From contig CANROR010000003.1 in the NCBI GenBank assembly GCA_947632275.1, positions 1 to 34,845 of the forward strand: a stretch of DNA of 34,845 nt, read 5' to 3'. Position numbers and translations under genes: made by a program. Source of the DNA: an uncultured Bacilli bacterium. Its GTDB lineage: Bacteria > Bacillota_I > Bacilli_A > RF39 > UBA660. Positions 9,364 to 17,463 of the stretch are shown in pieces. Within the stretch, counting starts at the first letter, position 1. Each line of letters starts with the position of its first letter. The notes beneath the pieces are model-generated. The model was given only the letters and a program-made list of their open reading frames with translations, was not told the DNA's origin and searched no databases.

Positions 9364-10423
9364 CTTCCACCTCATAAATGATTCCTTTTTTATTGATATT
9401 AAATTGGACATCGCTATTAATTTTTAGACTTTGCCAAAGTTTTTTATTTTTATCGCGGGTATGAATGTAATAATTTTCGCCTAAATGCAAGATATCACTT
9501 TTGGTCGATTGTAATTTTTGAATAAACTCCGTAATTTGATTATTTAAAACATAGTAAAAAGTATCTTCAATTTTCCTTAAGGTAGCACTATCCTTTAAAT
9601 TAAAATTAGGTTGATTTTCTAAGACTTCCGCTTTTACTTTGCCACTTACTTTAATTTCGTGATTATCGACCGTTATTTTAATATCGGAAGCCATAATTGA
9701 ATTAGCAAAAAGTTTGCCATCGTAATCATAATTAATTAAAAAATTGTTGGTTTCATTATTAATTAAATTAAGTAAAGCCGTATCTTCTTTGGGAAGTTTG
9801 GCGACCATTTTATAACCGGAAAAGATAGCAAGGTCTTGTACCTTTATTTTATCTTTATTAATATCAATAATAGATATCGCGGCATCTTGGCCAAAAGATA
9901 AAATTTCTTGGGCCATATTAATATACTTTTTTTTAAGAATAAAACTGCCACTGTATTTGTCGGCATCAATAGCATTATTGATACTGCTACTAACGACGGC
10001 TAAAGATTCACTAGTTTTGGCGAGTAACTCTTTCGGATTTTCATTAATAATGACATTTAAAGTTTCCCGAATATTTTCGTTTCGCAGTAGATAATCTAAA
10101 ATATCTTCCATATGGTTTTGGGCCACTTCTTCACTTAAAACTAAAAGGTCGGCATGGGAATAGTAGCCGCGTTTTGGAATAGCATCGCTCGTAAGTTCTA
10201 AAGCCACGGGAAAACTTTTATTTTTCTCGGTTATCGTATAAGATTTGGTATTGGCTGCTTCTTTATCGACATTATTACTAATAACCTCATAAGTTATGAC
10301 ATATTCCTCGTCTTGATAATCAATGCCGATACCAATCACAATAGCTCGATCATTTAGTTCATAATAATCGTAACAACCGCCTAAAGTTAAAAGAAAAAAC
10401 ATTAAAATAATTATTTTTTTCAT
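9353..10423 (-). CDS. gerKC: Spore germination receptor C subunit lipoprotein
   Basis: Lipobox LGGC followed by YDYYELNDRAIVIGIGID, a Ger(x)C signature. Confidence 0.88.
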   Translation of the reverse strand: MKKIIILMFFLLTLGGCYDYYELNDRAIVIGIGIDYQDEEYVITYEVISNNVDKEAANTKSYTITEKNKSFPVALELTSDAIPKRGYYSHADLLVLSEEVAQNHMEDILDYLLRNENIRETLNVIINENPKELLAKTSESLAVVSSSINNAIDADKYSGSFILKKKYINMAQEILSFGQDAAISIIDINKDKIKVQDLAIFSGYKMVAKLPKEDTALLNLINNETNNFLINYDYDGKLFANSIMASDIKITVDNHEIKVSGKVKAEVLENQPNFNLKDSATLRKIEDTFYYVLNNQITEFIQKLQSTKSDILHLGENYYIHTRDKNKKLWQSLKINSDVQFNINKKGIIYEVEDAN

Positions 10424-11850
10424 TGGTTTTCTCCTTGTTTAATGATATTTTTACGCGTTAAAGCTTTACTACGCTTCCGGTCTTTCGTAATCGGACTTTT
10501 AATAACCGTATTTTGAAAATATTCTTTATCAAAAGGGGCAATCGGTAAAAAGTAAGGTTTCGAAAATGTGTCGATACTACAAATATAAATAAGAAAATAA
10601 ATAAAGGCTAGGAATAAACCATAAAGGCCAAAGATGGCCGAAGCAAATAGAAAAATATAAGTAAAGAGCCGCATCGCATTACTAATTTCTAAATCTGTGA
10701 AGGTTAGGGAAGCAATAAAAGTAATGGCAACTACAATAATGATAATCGGAGAAACTAAGCCAGCTTCAACCGATGCTTGGCCTAAAATGATAGCACCAAG
10801 AATAGAAATGGAAGAACCAAAGGAAGAAGGAAAACGGAGATCACTTTCTTTTAAAATATCGCAAACAATTAACATTAAAATGGTTTCGACAATCAAAGGA
10901 AAAGGGACACCTTCGCGTTGAATGGCAAAATTAATGAGTAAATCCATGGGAATAGATTCAGGATTATAACAGAGGAGGGCATTAAAAAAAGCCGGCGTAA
11001 TAATGCCAATGAAAAAGATAATTAAACGTAAAATTTTTAAAAAATTAATATTGTTGCTTTTGGTATAATTGTCGGAAATCGGATTTAAAAAATCAATAAA
11101 AAAGGCCGGAATGATTAAAACAAAAGGGGAAGTATCAATAACTAAAACAATTTTGCCACGCAAAAGTTCAATTACGGCATCATCCGGCCGTTCACTATAT
11201 TTAATTGTTGGGAAAACGGTTTTGTTTTCATTATCGAGTAAAAACGAAATTGAAGAAGAATCGACAATGCCATCAATGTCTATTTGCTCTAATTTTTTTA
11301 AGACTTTTTGGACTAATTTTTCTTCGGTAACGTCATCAATATATAAAACCCCGACCGCCGTATTCGTTAAGCGCCCCACGAAACGATTTTCAATTTTTAA
11401 ATGACTGGATTTAATTCGTCTTTTAATTAAACCAATATTTGTTTGATAATTTTCGGTAAAAGCATCCTTGGGACCATTGATGGCCGTTTGGACTTCATTC
11501 GGGGCAATACTTCTTGTTAGTTCGGCTTTGGTTTCAATGGCTAAAATTAAATTATCTAAAATTACACAAGTAAAACCATTAGTTAAATAATATTCAATTT
11601 CATCTAATTTTTTAACTGTTTTTTGATTGGGGCCAGCTAAAAAGTTATTTAAATTATTTTTTCTTAAATATTGTTGATTTTCTTTGTTAGTTAAAGGTTT
11701 TAAAATATAATCGTTTACTTGAGCACTACTACATAAGGTTTCAATAAAAACAACATAAATAGTTTTAAAAAGATTAAGTTTTATTTCTTTAATATCTAAA
11801 TCGGGAGTTTGACTAAATTCTTTTTTTATTCGCGTAATTATTTTGTTCAT
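10420..11850 (-). CDS. gerKA: Spore germination receptor A subunit
   Basis: GPKDAFTE..TNIGLIKRRIK, SERPD and REGVPFP motifs. ATG 11850 with SD GGTGAGGA. Confidence 0.92.
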   Translation of the reverse strand: MNKIITRIKKEFSQTPDLDIKEIKLNLFKTIYVVFIETLCSSAQVNDYILKPLTNKENQQYLRKNNLNNFLAGPNQKTVKKLDEIEYYLTNGFTCVILDNLILAIETKAELTRSIAPNEVQTAINGPKDAFTENYQTNIGLIKRRIKSSHLKIENRFVGRLTNTAVGVLYIDDVTEEKLVQKVLKKLEQIDIDGIVDSSSISFLLDNENKTVFPTIKYSERPDDAVIELLRGKIVLVIDTSPFVLIIPAFFIDFLNPISDNYTKSNNINFLKILRLIIFFIGIITPAFFNALLCYNPESIPMDLLINFAIQREGVPFPLIVETILMLIVCDILKESDLRFPSSFGSSISILGAIILGQASVEAGLVSPIIIIVVAITFIASLTFTDLEISNAMRLFTYIFLFASAIFGLYGLFLAFIYFLIYICSIDTFSKPYFLPIAPFDKEYFQNTVIKSPITKDRKRSKALTRKNIIKQGENQ

Positions 11851-11864
11851 ATCCTCACCATTAG

Positions 11865-11893
11865 TATTATTACCAATATTTGGTAGGTTATGT
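11865..11893 (-). promoter_or_regulatory. Possible forespore (SigF/SigG-type) promoter of the ger operon
   Basis: Minus strand ACATA...GGTAATAATA. The -10 fits the SigF pattern GGnnAnAnTR (14-nt spacer), or ACATA-17-AATAATA fits a SigG-like layout. The -35 is imperfect. Confidence 0.35.
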
Positions 11894-11895
11894 AT

Positions 11896-11924
11896 TTGCA
11901 TTTGGTTTTTATTGATGTTATACT
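11896..11924 (+). promoter_or_regulatory. SigA promoter of tagA
   Basis: TTGCAT-17 bp-TATACT with extended -10 TG. Confidence 0.65.
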
Positions 11925-11953
11925 TTAAACAAGTTTAGTATTTGGGGTGAAAA

Positions 11954-12673
11954 ATGAAAAAATATTTTGCAAAATTATTTAAAAACAGTAAAGCTGATTT
12001 TTATAAGTTAGTAACTAAGACAATAGATAAAGAAGAAAAAATGTTTATTATTACGGCCAATCCGGAAACTTTTAGTTGGGGAAGTAAAGATGAAGTGGTC
12101 GATAAAATGCTTTTAGATAATAAAACAACCATTATTCCCGATGGCATAAGTATTGTTCGGGCGGCCAAAATGTTGGACTTTCCTATTAAAGAAAGAATCA
12201 CGGGTGTTGATTTAGCTATTTTTCTTTTAGAATATGCAAATAAAAAAGGATTAAAGGTAGCATTTTTAGGTGCCACTAGCGAAGTTCAAAAATTATTAAA
12301 AGCAAAAATAGCTTTAGATTATCCTCACATAAAGATTGTAGCCAGTGGCGATGGCTATAAAACGGACCGCGATAAATTTATGAACGATTTAAAGAAAAAA
12401 GATGTTGATATTGTTTTTGTAGCCTTAGGGATTCCAGTGCAAGAAAAATTAATTTATGAATATTATTCCCAATTTAAAAAAGGCATCTTTGTTGGGGTCG
12501 GTGGTTCTTTAGATGTAATAAGTGGCTCTAAAAAAAGAGCACCCAAATTATTTATCAAATTACATGCCGAATGGTTATATCGTTTAATTAAAGAACCGAA
12601 AAGAATAGGGCGCTTTTATCAAAATAATATTAAATTTATGTTTAAAATAATGAAAATGAAAAAAAATAAATAA
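11954..12673 (+). CDS. tagA: WecB/TagA/CpsF family glycosyltransferase (N-acetylmannosaminyltransferase)
   Basis: ITANPE, PDGISIV, ERITGVDL, VALGIPVQE, GVGGSLDV and KRAP..EWLYRL motifs. Confidence 0.88.
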   Translation: MKKYFAKLFKNSKADFYKLVTKTIDKEEKMFIITANPETFSWGSKDEVVDKMLLDNKTTIIPDGISIVRAAKMLDFPIKERITGVDLAIFLLEYANKKGLKVAFLGATSEVQKLLKAKIALDYPHIKIVASGDGYKTDRDKFMNDLKKKDVDIVFVALGIPVQEKLIYEYYSQFKKGIFVGVGGSLDVISGSKKRAPKLFIKLHAEWLYRLIKEPKRIGRFYQNNIKFMFKIMKMKKNK

Positions 12674-12697
12674 AGTAAATTTAATATAATACTTTAT

Positions 12698-12991
12698 TTA
12701 TTTTTTTAAAATGTTGGAATGACTACCTGTACTAATTAATAATAAAATCAAATTAGCGTCATTATATTTGTATATTAAAACCCAGTCTGGTTCAATATGA
12801 CAATCTCTACAATTTTTAAATTTTTTATTGTTGTACAATGCATGATCTTTAAATTTAGAATCTAAAGGCTTTTTTTGTGAAAGAATATCTACTATATATA
12901 ATAATTTATCTATGTCTTTACCTTGCTTGATGACTTTTTTTAGAGCTTGTTTAAAATTTTTAGAATATTTTATACGATATTTAATCGTCAT
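12698..12991 (-). CDS. yafQ: YafQ-family mRNA interferase toxin
   Basis: KDHAL, RDCHIEPDWVLIY and TGSHS motifs; overlaps the antitoxin stop. Confidence 0.9.
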   Translation of the reverse strand: MTIKYRIKYSKNFKQALKKVIKQGKDIDKLLYIVDILSQKKPLDSKFKDHALYNNKKFKNCRDCHIEPDWVLIYKYNDANLILLLISTGSHSNILKK

Positions 12992-13289
12992 TTAATAAAG
13001 CCTTTTTTAAATCATTTACATTATCGTAGCTCTTATACTCATCTAAATGTTTTTCCATATAAGCAAGTTCTTTTGCTGAATCTTCAAGTTCTTTTTCGGT
13101 AAAATATTTAAGTAAATCATCATCTTTAGGTAATGCAACATCAAAAGGAATTCCACCATGCATTATTACTTGTTTAATTGTCATGTTTATTAAGCCACTC
13201 ATACTAACACCTAATTTTTGTAATATGGCTGTAACTTTTTCTTTATCCTTTGTGTCCATTTGAACACTTATAGTGGTGGTTAATGCCAT
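12981..13289 (-). CDS. dinJ: RelB/DinJ-family antitoxin
   Basis: ISVQMD...LQKLGVSMS..INM.IKQ...GGIPF pattern directly upstream of yafQ. Start ATG 13289 (alternative 13298), downstream of the promoter. Confidence 0.85.
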   Translation of the reverse strand: MALTTTISVQMDTKDKEKVTAILQKLGVSMSGLINMTIKQVIMHGGIPFDVALPKDDDLLKYFTEKELEDSAKELAYMEKHLDEYKSYDNVNDLKKALLNDD

Positions 13290-13314
13290 AAAATTCATCT
13301 CACTTTCTTTAAAA

Positions 13315-13343
13315 AGAATACCATTTATTATATATTTTGTCAA
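13315..13343 (-). promoter_or_regulatory. SigA promoter of dinJ-yafQ
   Basis: TTGACA-17 bp-TATTCT with extended -10 TG. Confidence 0.7.
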
Positions 13344-13444
13344 TAATAATTACATAATTCTTATATAATTATTATATGTATTTACCTTAAAATTATGCAT
13401 AAAAAATTCTTATTTTGGGATAAATTTAAGAATTTAAATATAAG

Positions 13445-13732
13445 TTATTTTAATAAATCTTCAAAAAGTTTATCTACACTGTTATATCCTTTATATTTTC
13501 CCGGATGTTTTTTAATTTTTTCCGCTTCTTTTAAAGCACTTAGTAGCTTTTTACTAGGTTTATTTTCATGAATTTCAAAAGGTATTGCTTGTTCTTTAAT
13601 ACTTTGAGTTAAAAATACATTTATAGCAGTATTCATACTAAGTCCAAGTCTTTGGAAAAGATTTTCTGCTTCTTTTTTTAAATTACTATCAATTTTAAGA
13701 CTTAGATTAGTTGTTTTTGGCATATTTTCCAT
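13445..13732 (-). CDS. Orphan RelB/DinJ-family antitoxin
   Basis: NLSLKIDSNLKKEAENLFQRLGLSMNTAINVFLTQSIKEQAIPFEI is a typical RelB/DinJ pattern; no toxin gene immediately follows. Confidence 0.88.
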   Translation of the reverse strand: MENMPKTTNLSLKIDSNLKKEAENLFQRLGLSMNTAINVFLTQSIKEQAIPFEIHENKPSKKLLSALKEAEKIKKHPGKYKGYNSVDKLFEDLLK

Positions 13733-13755
13733 ATATTTCTCACTTTCTTGTTTAA

Positions 13756-13784
13756 ATTATAAAAAGTGCTTGAATTATTGTCAA
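13756..13784 (-). promoter_or_regulatory. SigA promoter of the orphan antitoxin
   Basis: Consensus TTGACA-17 bp-TATAAT. Confidence 0.8.
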
Positions 13785-13819
13785 CAGATTTATGACAAAA
13801 ATAAATAAAAATTCCTAAT

Positions 13820-13853
13820 TTCGACAAATTTAGGAATTTTTATTTGCTAAGAT
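13820..13853 (+). promoter_or_regulatory. Spo0A-activated spoIIG promoter
   Basis: Perfect 0A box TTCGACA (13820-13826, reverse complement of TGTCGAA), then 21 bp, then TAAGAT with extended -10 TG. Confidence 0.7.
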
Positions 13854-13869
13854 AATCAGGGTGATAAAA

Positions 13870-14658
13870 GTGACTATATATCTTGATGTCGTTTTTTTCT
13901 TAAATTTATGTTATGATTTTTTGCTTTTAATAACTGTGGATATGACTTTAAAAAGAAAGGTTTTATTGCGAAGAATAATTTTGGCTAGTTTAATTGGGGC
14001 CTTATCTCTGGTACTTTTGTTTATTCCCTTGAATCAATATCTTTTATTTTTCTTTAAGATTCTCGTAAGTATAATTATGGTTCTAGTGGCATATGGTTAT
14101 AAAGATATAAAATATACCTTTAATAATTTATTTTATCTTTATATGTGTAGTGTCATTCTAGGAGGTTTTTTATATCTACTTAATAATGAATTTAGTTTAC
14201 ATCAATATGGTTTGGTTTTTGTTAATGATGGTTTAAGTATTAATTATTTAGTTTTATTAATTTTAGCGCCTTTAATATTGGGAGCCTATATTTATCAAAA
14301 TAAAAAAATTAAGAAAATTTATAATTATATTTATGAAGTTAAAATTGTATTAAAAGATCAAAAAGAAGTAAAATGTCAGGGTTTTTTAGACTCGGGAAAT
14401 AAATTAAAAGATCCGATCACGAATAAATATATTATTTTGGTCGAACAAGAAAAGCTAAAAGAAATAAAGGCTAATCCGATTTATGTGCCGTATAAAGCTT
14501 TAAATAAAGAAGGATTACTCGAATGTTTTAAAATTAATTATTTAGAAATTGAGAATCAAAAATTTACGAATTATTTAGTGGGTATCTCGACTACCAAATT
14601 TAATATTGATGGAGTGAGTTGCTTACTTAATAATAAATTATTGGAGGATCTATGTTAA
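13870..14658 (+). CDS. spoIIGA: Pro-sigmaE processing aspartic protease
   Basis: IYLDVVFFLN N-terminus, 5 TM helices, catalytic LDSGNKLKDP. GTG 13870 follows SD AGGGTGA; overlaps sigE. Confidence 0.92.
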   Translation: MTIYLDVVFFLNLCYDFLLLITVDMTLKRKVLLRRIILASLIGALSLVLLFIPLNQYLLFFFKILVSIIMVLVAYGYKDIKYTFNNLFYLYMCSVILGGFLYLLNNEFSLHQYGLVFVNDGLSINYLVLLILAPLILGAYIYQNKKIKKIYNYIYEVKIVLKDQKEVKCQGFLDSGNKLKDPITNKYIILVEQEKLKEIKANPIYVPYKALNKEGLLECFKINYLEIENQKFTNYLVGISTTKFNIDGVSCLLNNKLLEDLC

Positions 14659-15332
14659 AAAAATTACTTTTATACTTAAAAGGGAAGTATGCGGAAGTTT
14701 TCTTTGTCGGGGCGACGGATAAATTGCCACCACCTTTATCGAAAGAAAAGGAACTAGCTTATTTAATTAAAGCCCAACAAGGCGATATCGAAGCCCGAAA
14801 TATTTTAATTGAACATAATTTAAGATTGGTTGTATTCTTAGCTAAAAAGTATGAAAATACAACTTATGATATCGAAGACTTAGTTTCCATTGGTTCGATT
14901 GGTTTAATTAAAGGCATAAATACTTATAAAATAGATAAAAATATTAAACTTGCCACTTATGCTTCTCGTTGTATCAGTAATGAAATCTTAATGTTTTTAA
15001 GAAAAAATAAACGTAGAAAAACGGAAGTTTCTTTAGAAGAAACTTTAAATTATGATGCCGATGGCAACGAACTTCATTTAGAAGATATTTTAGGAACGGA
15101 TACAGAACTTGTTCCCAATATGTATGAAGAAGTGGTCGATAAAGAATATTTAGCCAAAGAAATATCTTCGTTAAATAAACGAGATAAACAAATAATGATG
15201 TTACGATATGGCTTAAATAATGGTAAAGAGTATACGCAGAAAGAAGTAGCCGAAATGTTAGGCATTTCGCAAAGTTATATTTCGCGGATTGAAAAGAAAG
15301 TAATCAAAAAATTAAAACAATTAATGCAATAG
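14652..15332 (+). CDS. sigE: Sporulation sigma factor SigE (pro-form)
   Basis: Short basic/hydrophobic pro-peptide, LPPPLS, NLRLVVFLAKKYEN, IKLATYASRCISNEILM and TQKEVAEMLGISQSYISRIEK; downstream of spoIIGA. Confidence 0.93.
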   Translation: MLKKLLLYLKGKYAEVFFVGATDKLPPPLSKEKELAYLIKAQQGDIEARNILIEHNLRLVVFLAKKYENTTYDIEDLVSIGSIGLIKGINTYKIDKNIKLATYASRCISNEILMFLRKNKRRKTEVSLEETLNYDADGNELHLEDILGTDTELVPNMYEEVVDKEYLAKEISSLNKRDKQIMMLRYGLNNGKEYTQKEVAEMLGISQSYISRIEKKVIKKLKQLMQ

Positions 15333-15334
15333 TT

Positions 15335-15387
15335 ATCGTAATAAATTGGCAAAATATTGAAAAAATTACGCCATGGCGTAATTTTTT
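15335..15387 (+). repeat. 53-bp direct repeat, copy 1, containing the sigE terminator hairpin
   Basis: ATCGTAATAAATTGGCAAAATATTGAAAAAATTACGCCATGGCGTAATTTTTT; 50/53 identical to 16793-16845. Confidence 0.95.
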
Positions 15388-15397
15388 TATTTTATTT

Positions 15398-15460
15398 GGT
15401 ACAAATCATAAAACAAAAACGGTACAAATCATAAAGTAAAAATGGTACAAAATATAAAAT
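15398..15460 (+). repeat. Three tandem direct repeats with a 23-bp period
   Basis: GGTACAAATCATAAA at 15398 and 15421, GGTACAAAATATAAA at 15444. Confidence 0.9.
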
Positions 15461-15465
15461 GATTA

Positions 15466-15494
15466 TTTACATTATTATAAAATTACGTTATAAT
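15466..15494 (+). promoter_or_regulatory. SigA promoter of the ATPase gene
   Basis: TTTACA-17 bp-TATAAT; SD GGAGG at 15501. Confidence 0.75.
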
Positions 15495-15515
15495 TAAATT
15501 GGAGGAAAATTAAGT

Positions 15516-16784
15516 ATGAAAGAATATATGCCAAGAATTATTGATAAAATTTTAAAAAATAAATTAGAATATATGGGAGCTGTGGTAATCGAAGGACCTA
15601 AATGGTGTGGCAAGTCTACTACTGCTAAAAATATTGCTAAAAGTTTAATAGAACTACAAGATCCTGATAATAAAATTCAGTATGATAATATTAATGCTAC
15701 AAAGCCTTCTTTATTTTTAGAAGGAGAAAAACCTCGGTTATTAGATGAATGGCAAATGTATCCTGTTATTTGGGATTCGATTAGAACCGATGTAGATAGA
15801 ACAGGATTAAAAGGCCAATATATTCTTACAGGATCAACTAATATGTTAAATATTAATCATAAAACGATGCACAGTGGCACAGGAAGAATTGCTAAACTTA
15901 CGATGCGACCAATGTCACTATATGAATCTGGTGATTCTAATGGAAAAGTTTCCTTAGAAGATATCATTAATGGTAAAGATATATCTGGCGTATCGAATTT
16001 AGAATTAGAGGATATTATAAATGTTATAATTCGCGGTGGTTGGCCAGAATCTATTAATATTCCCGGGGATAATAAATATAAAATTGTTCGCGACTACGTA
16101 TATAGCTTATATAATGAAGAGGTAAGAAAAATTGATGGCGTTGAAAGAGATAAAATAAAAATGGAAGCTTTACTTAAAAGTCTTAGTCGAAACATTTCAA
16201 CTTCCGTTAGTAAATCAACTATAGCTAGTGATGTTGCCAATGTCTTTTCTAAAGAAGTATCTATGCCCACGGTAAATGATTATTTAATTACCTTAGAAAA
16301 ACTATTTGTTTTAGAATATGTTCCAGCAACTAATTTAAATTTGCGATCTTCTATTCAATTAAGAACTAGTCCCAAACTAGAATTAGTTGATCCTTCAATT
16401 GCTATTGCGGCTTTAGGCTTAAATAGAAATGATTTAATAAATGATTTAAATTTCATGGGCTTTATTTTTGAAAATTTATGTTATCGTGATTTAAAAATAT
16501 ACGCAGAGGCAATAGATGCTAATTTATTTTATTATCGTGATAATAAAGATTTTGAAGTTGATTTTATCCTTAAAACGGCTAATGATAAATGGGGGGCTAT
16601 TGAAGTTAAATTAGGAGCTAAGCAAATTGATGAAGCTGCCGAAACTCTTAAAAAATTTAAAACTAAAGTAGATTTAAAGAAAAGTGGAGAACCAGCATTT
16701 TTAATGGTTTTAACCGGTTCTAGTTTATCCTATGTAAGAGAAGATGGGGTTTATGTTGTATCAATTGGCAATTTAAAAAATTAA
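15516..16784 (+). CDS. AAA_14 ATPase with DUF4143 and C-terminal PD-(D/E)xK-like domain
   Basis: Walker A GPKWCGKST, Walker B LLDEWQ, ILTGS, RGGWP, FENL and EVDFIL...AIEVK motifs. Confidence 0.88.
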   Translation: MKEYMPRIIDKILKNKLEYMGAVVIEGPKWCGKSTTAKNIAKSLIELQDPDNKIQYDNINATKPSLFLEGEKPRLLDEWQMYPVIWDSIRTDVDRTGLKGQYILTGSTNMLNINHKTMHSGTGRIAKLTMRPMSLYESGDSNGKVSLEDIINGKDISGVSNLELEDIINVIIRGGWPESINIPGDNKYKIVRDYVYSLYNEEVRKIDGVERDKIKMEALLKSLSRNISTSVSKSTIASDVANVFSKEVSMPTVNDYLITLEKLFVLEYVPATNLNLRSSIQLRTSPKLELVDPSIAIAALGLNRNDLINDLNFMGFIFENLCYRDLKIYAEAIDANLFYYRDNKDFEVDFILKTANDKWGAIEVKLGAKQIDEAAETLKKFKTKVDLKKSGEPAFLMVLTGSSLSYVREDGVYVVSIGNLKN

Positions 16785-16792
16785 GATAATCA

Positions 16793-16845
16793 ATCGTAAT
16801 AAATTGCCAAAATATTGAAAAAATTACGCTGTGGCGTAATTTTTT
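16793..16845 (+). repeat. 53-bp direct repeat, copy 2, containing a bidirectional terminator
   Basis: ATCGTAATAAATTGCCAAAATATTGAAAAAATTACGCTGTGGCGTAATTTTTT; begins 9 nt after the ATPase stop. Confidence 0.95.
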
Positions 16846-16853
16846 GCGGTTTA

Positions 16854-17289
16854 TTAATCTTTTTTTGCTTTATTTTGTTCTGAATTTTTTCTACGATATT
16901 TAACAATAATTAGGGAAGATGCTAATAAAATAATAGCAATGCACCCTAAAATATAATATCCATTATAATTTTTAGGAGGATAAAAACTATTCATTAATTC
17001 ATCAACTACTGGTGTTCTTTGCGTTAAAAATTCTTTTATTTGATTTAAATCGTGGCCAGGAATTGTTCCCCAACGATCTTGTTCTTTGGTAAATACTTCT
17101 TGAGGAATTTGATTTTCAAAATTATTAAATTCTTGCATAACATAATCAACATTTAGAAATTCTTTCTTTCATCTTTTTGGCTAGCCATATTGGATAAGTT
17201 ACCATTTAAATATAGCTTTGGCAATTCATTGGCTTTAACCATTGGAATACTTAAAACTAAAATTATAAAATAACAAATTTATTCATCAT
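16854..17289 (-). pseudogene. Probable internally deleted, frameshifted CotH-like secreted/anchored protein
   Basis: Three frame pieces: MMNKFVIL*, then signal-peptide-like IILVLSIPMVKA-NELPKLYLNGNLSNMASQKDERK, then KEFLNVDYVMQEFNNFENQIPQEVFTKEQDRW...LNQIKEFLTQRTPVVD plus a C-terminal TM helix. Both ends resemble CotH-family termini, recognised by eye. Confidence 0.55.
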
Positions 17290-17385
17290 TACATCTTATT
17301 CTTTGTTCAATTATATAATTGAGTGATAAAAGTCAAAATTTTAAATTGTTAAAAACTTAATATCTAAAAAATTTGATAAAAAAAC

Positions 17386-17414
17386 TTGAAAATATATATA
17401 TATATATATATAAT
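17386..17414 (+). promoter_or_regulatory. SigA promoter with a (TA)10 tract in the spacer
   Basis: TTGAAA (17386-17391), 17 bp, TATAAT (17409-17414); (TA)10 spans 17393-17412. Confidence 0.85.
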
Positions 17415-17463
17415 TAGGGGGATAGGGGGAAAATCAATTTTTTAAAAATATGTAGGAGAAATT

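Noticed and set aside
15335-15387. Direct repeat as a tRNA-derived att site or dif site
   Set aside because: No tRNA structure, no match to the Bacillus dif or streptococcal difSL patterns as I recall them, and no recombinase in the window.
15398-15460. Possible mini-CRISPR array
   Set aside because: The period is only 23 bp with about 8-nt linkers, too short for spacers, and there are no cas genes.
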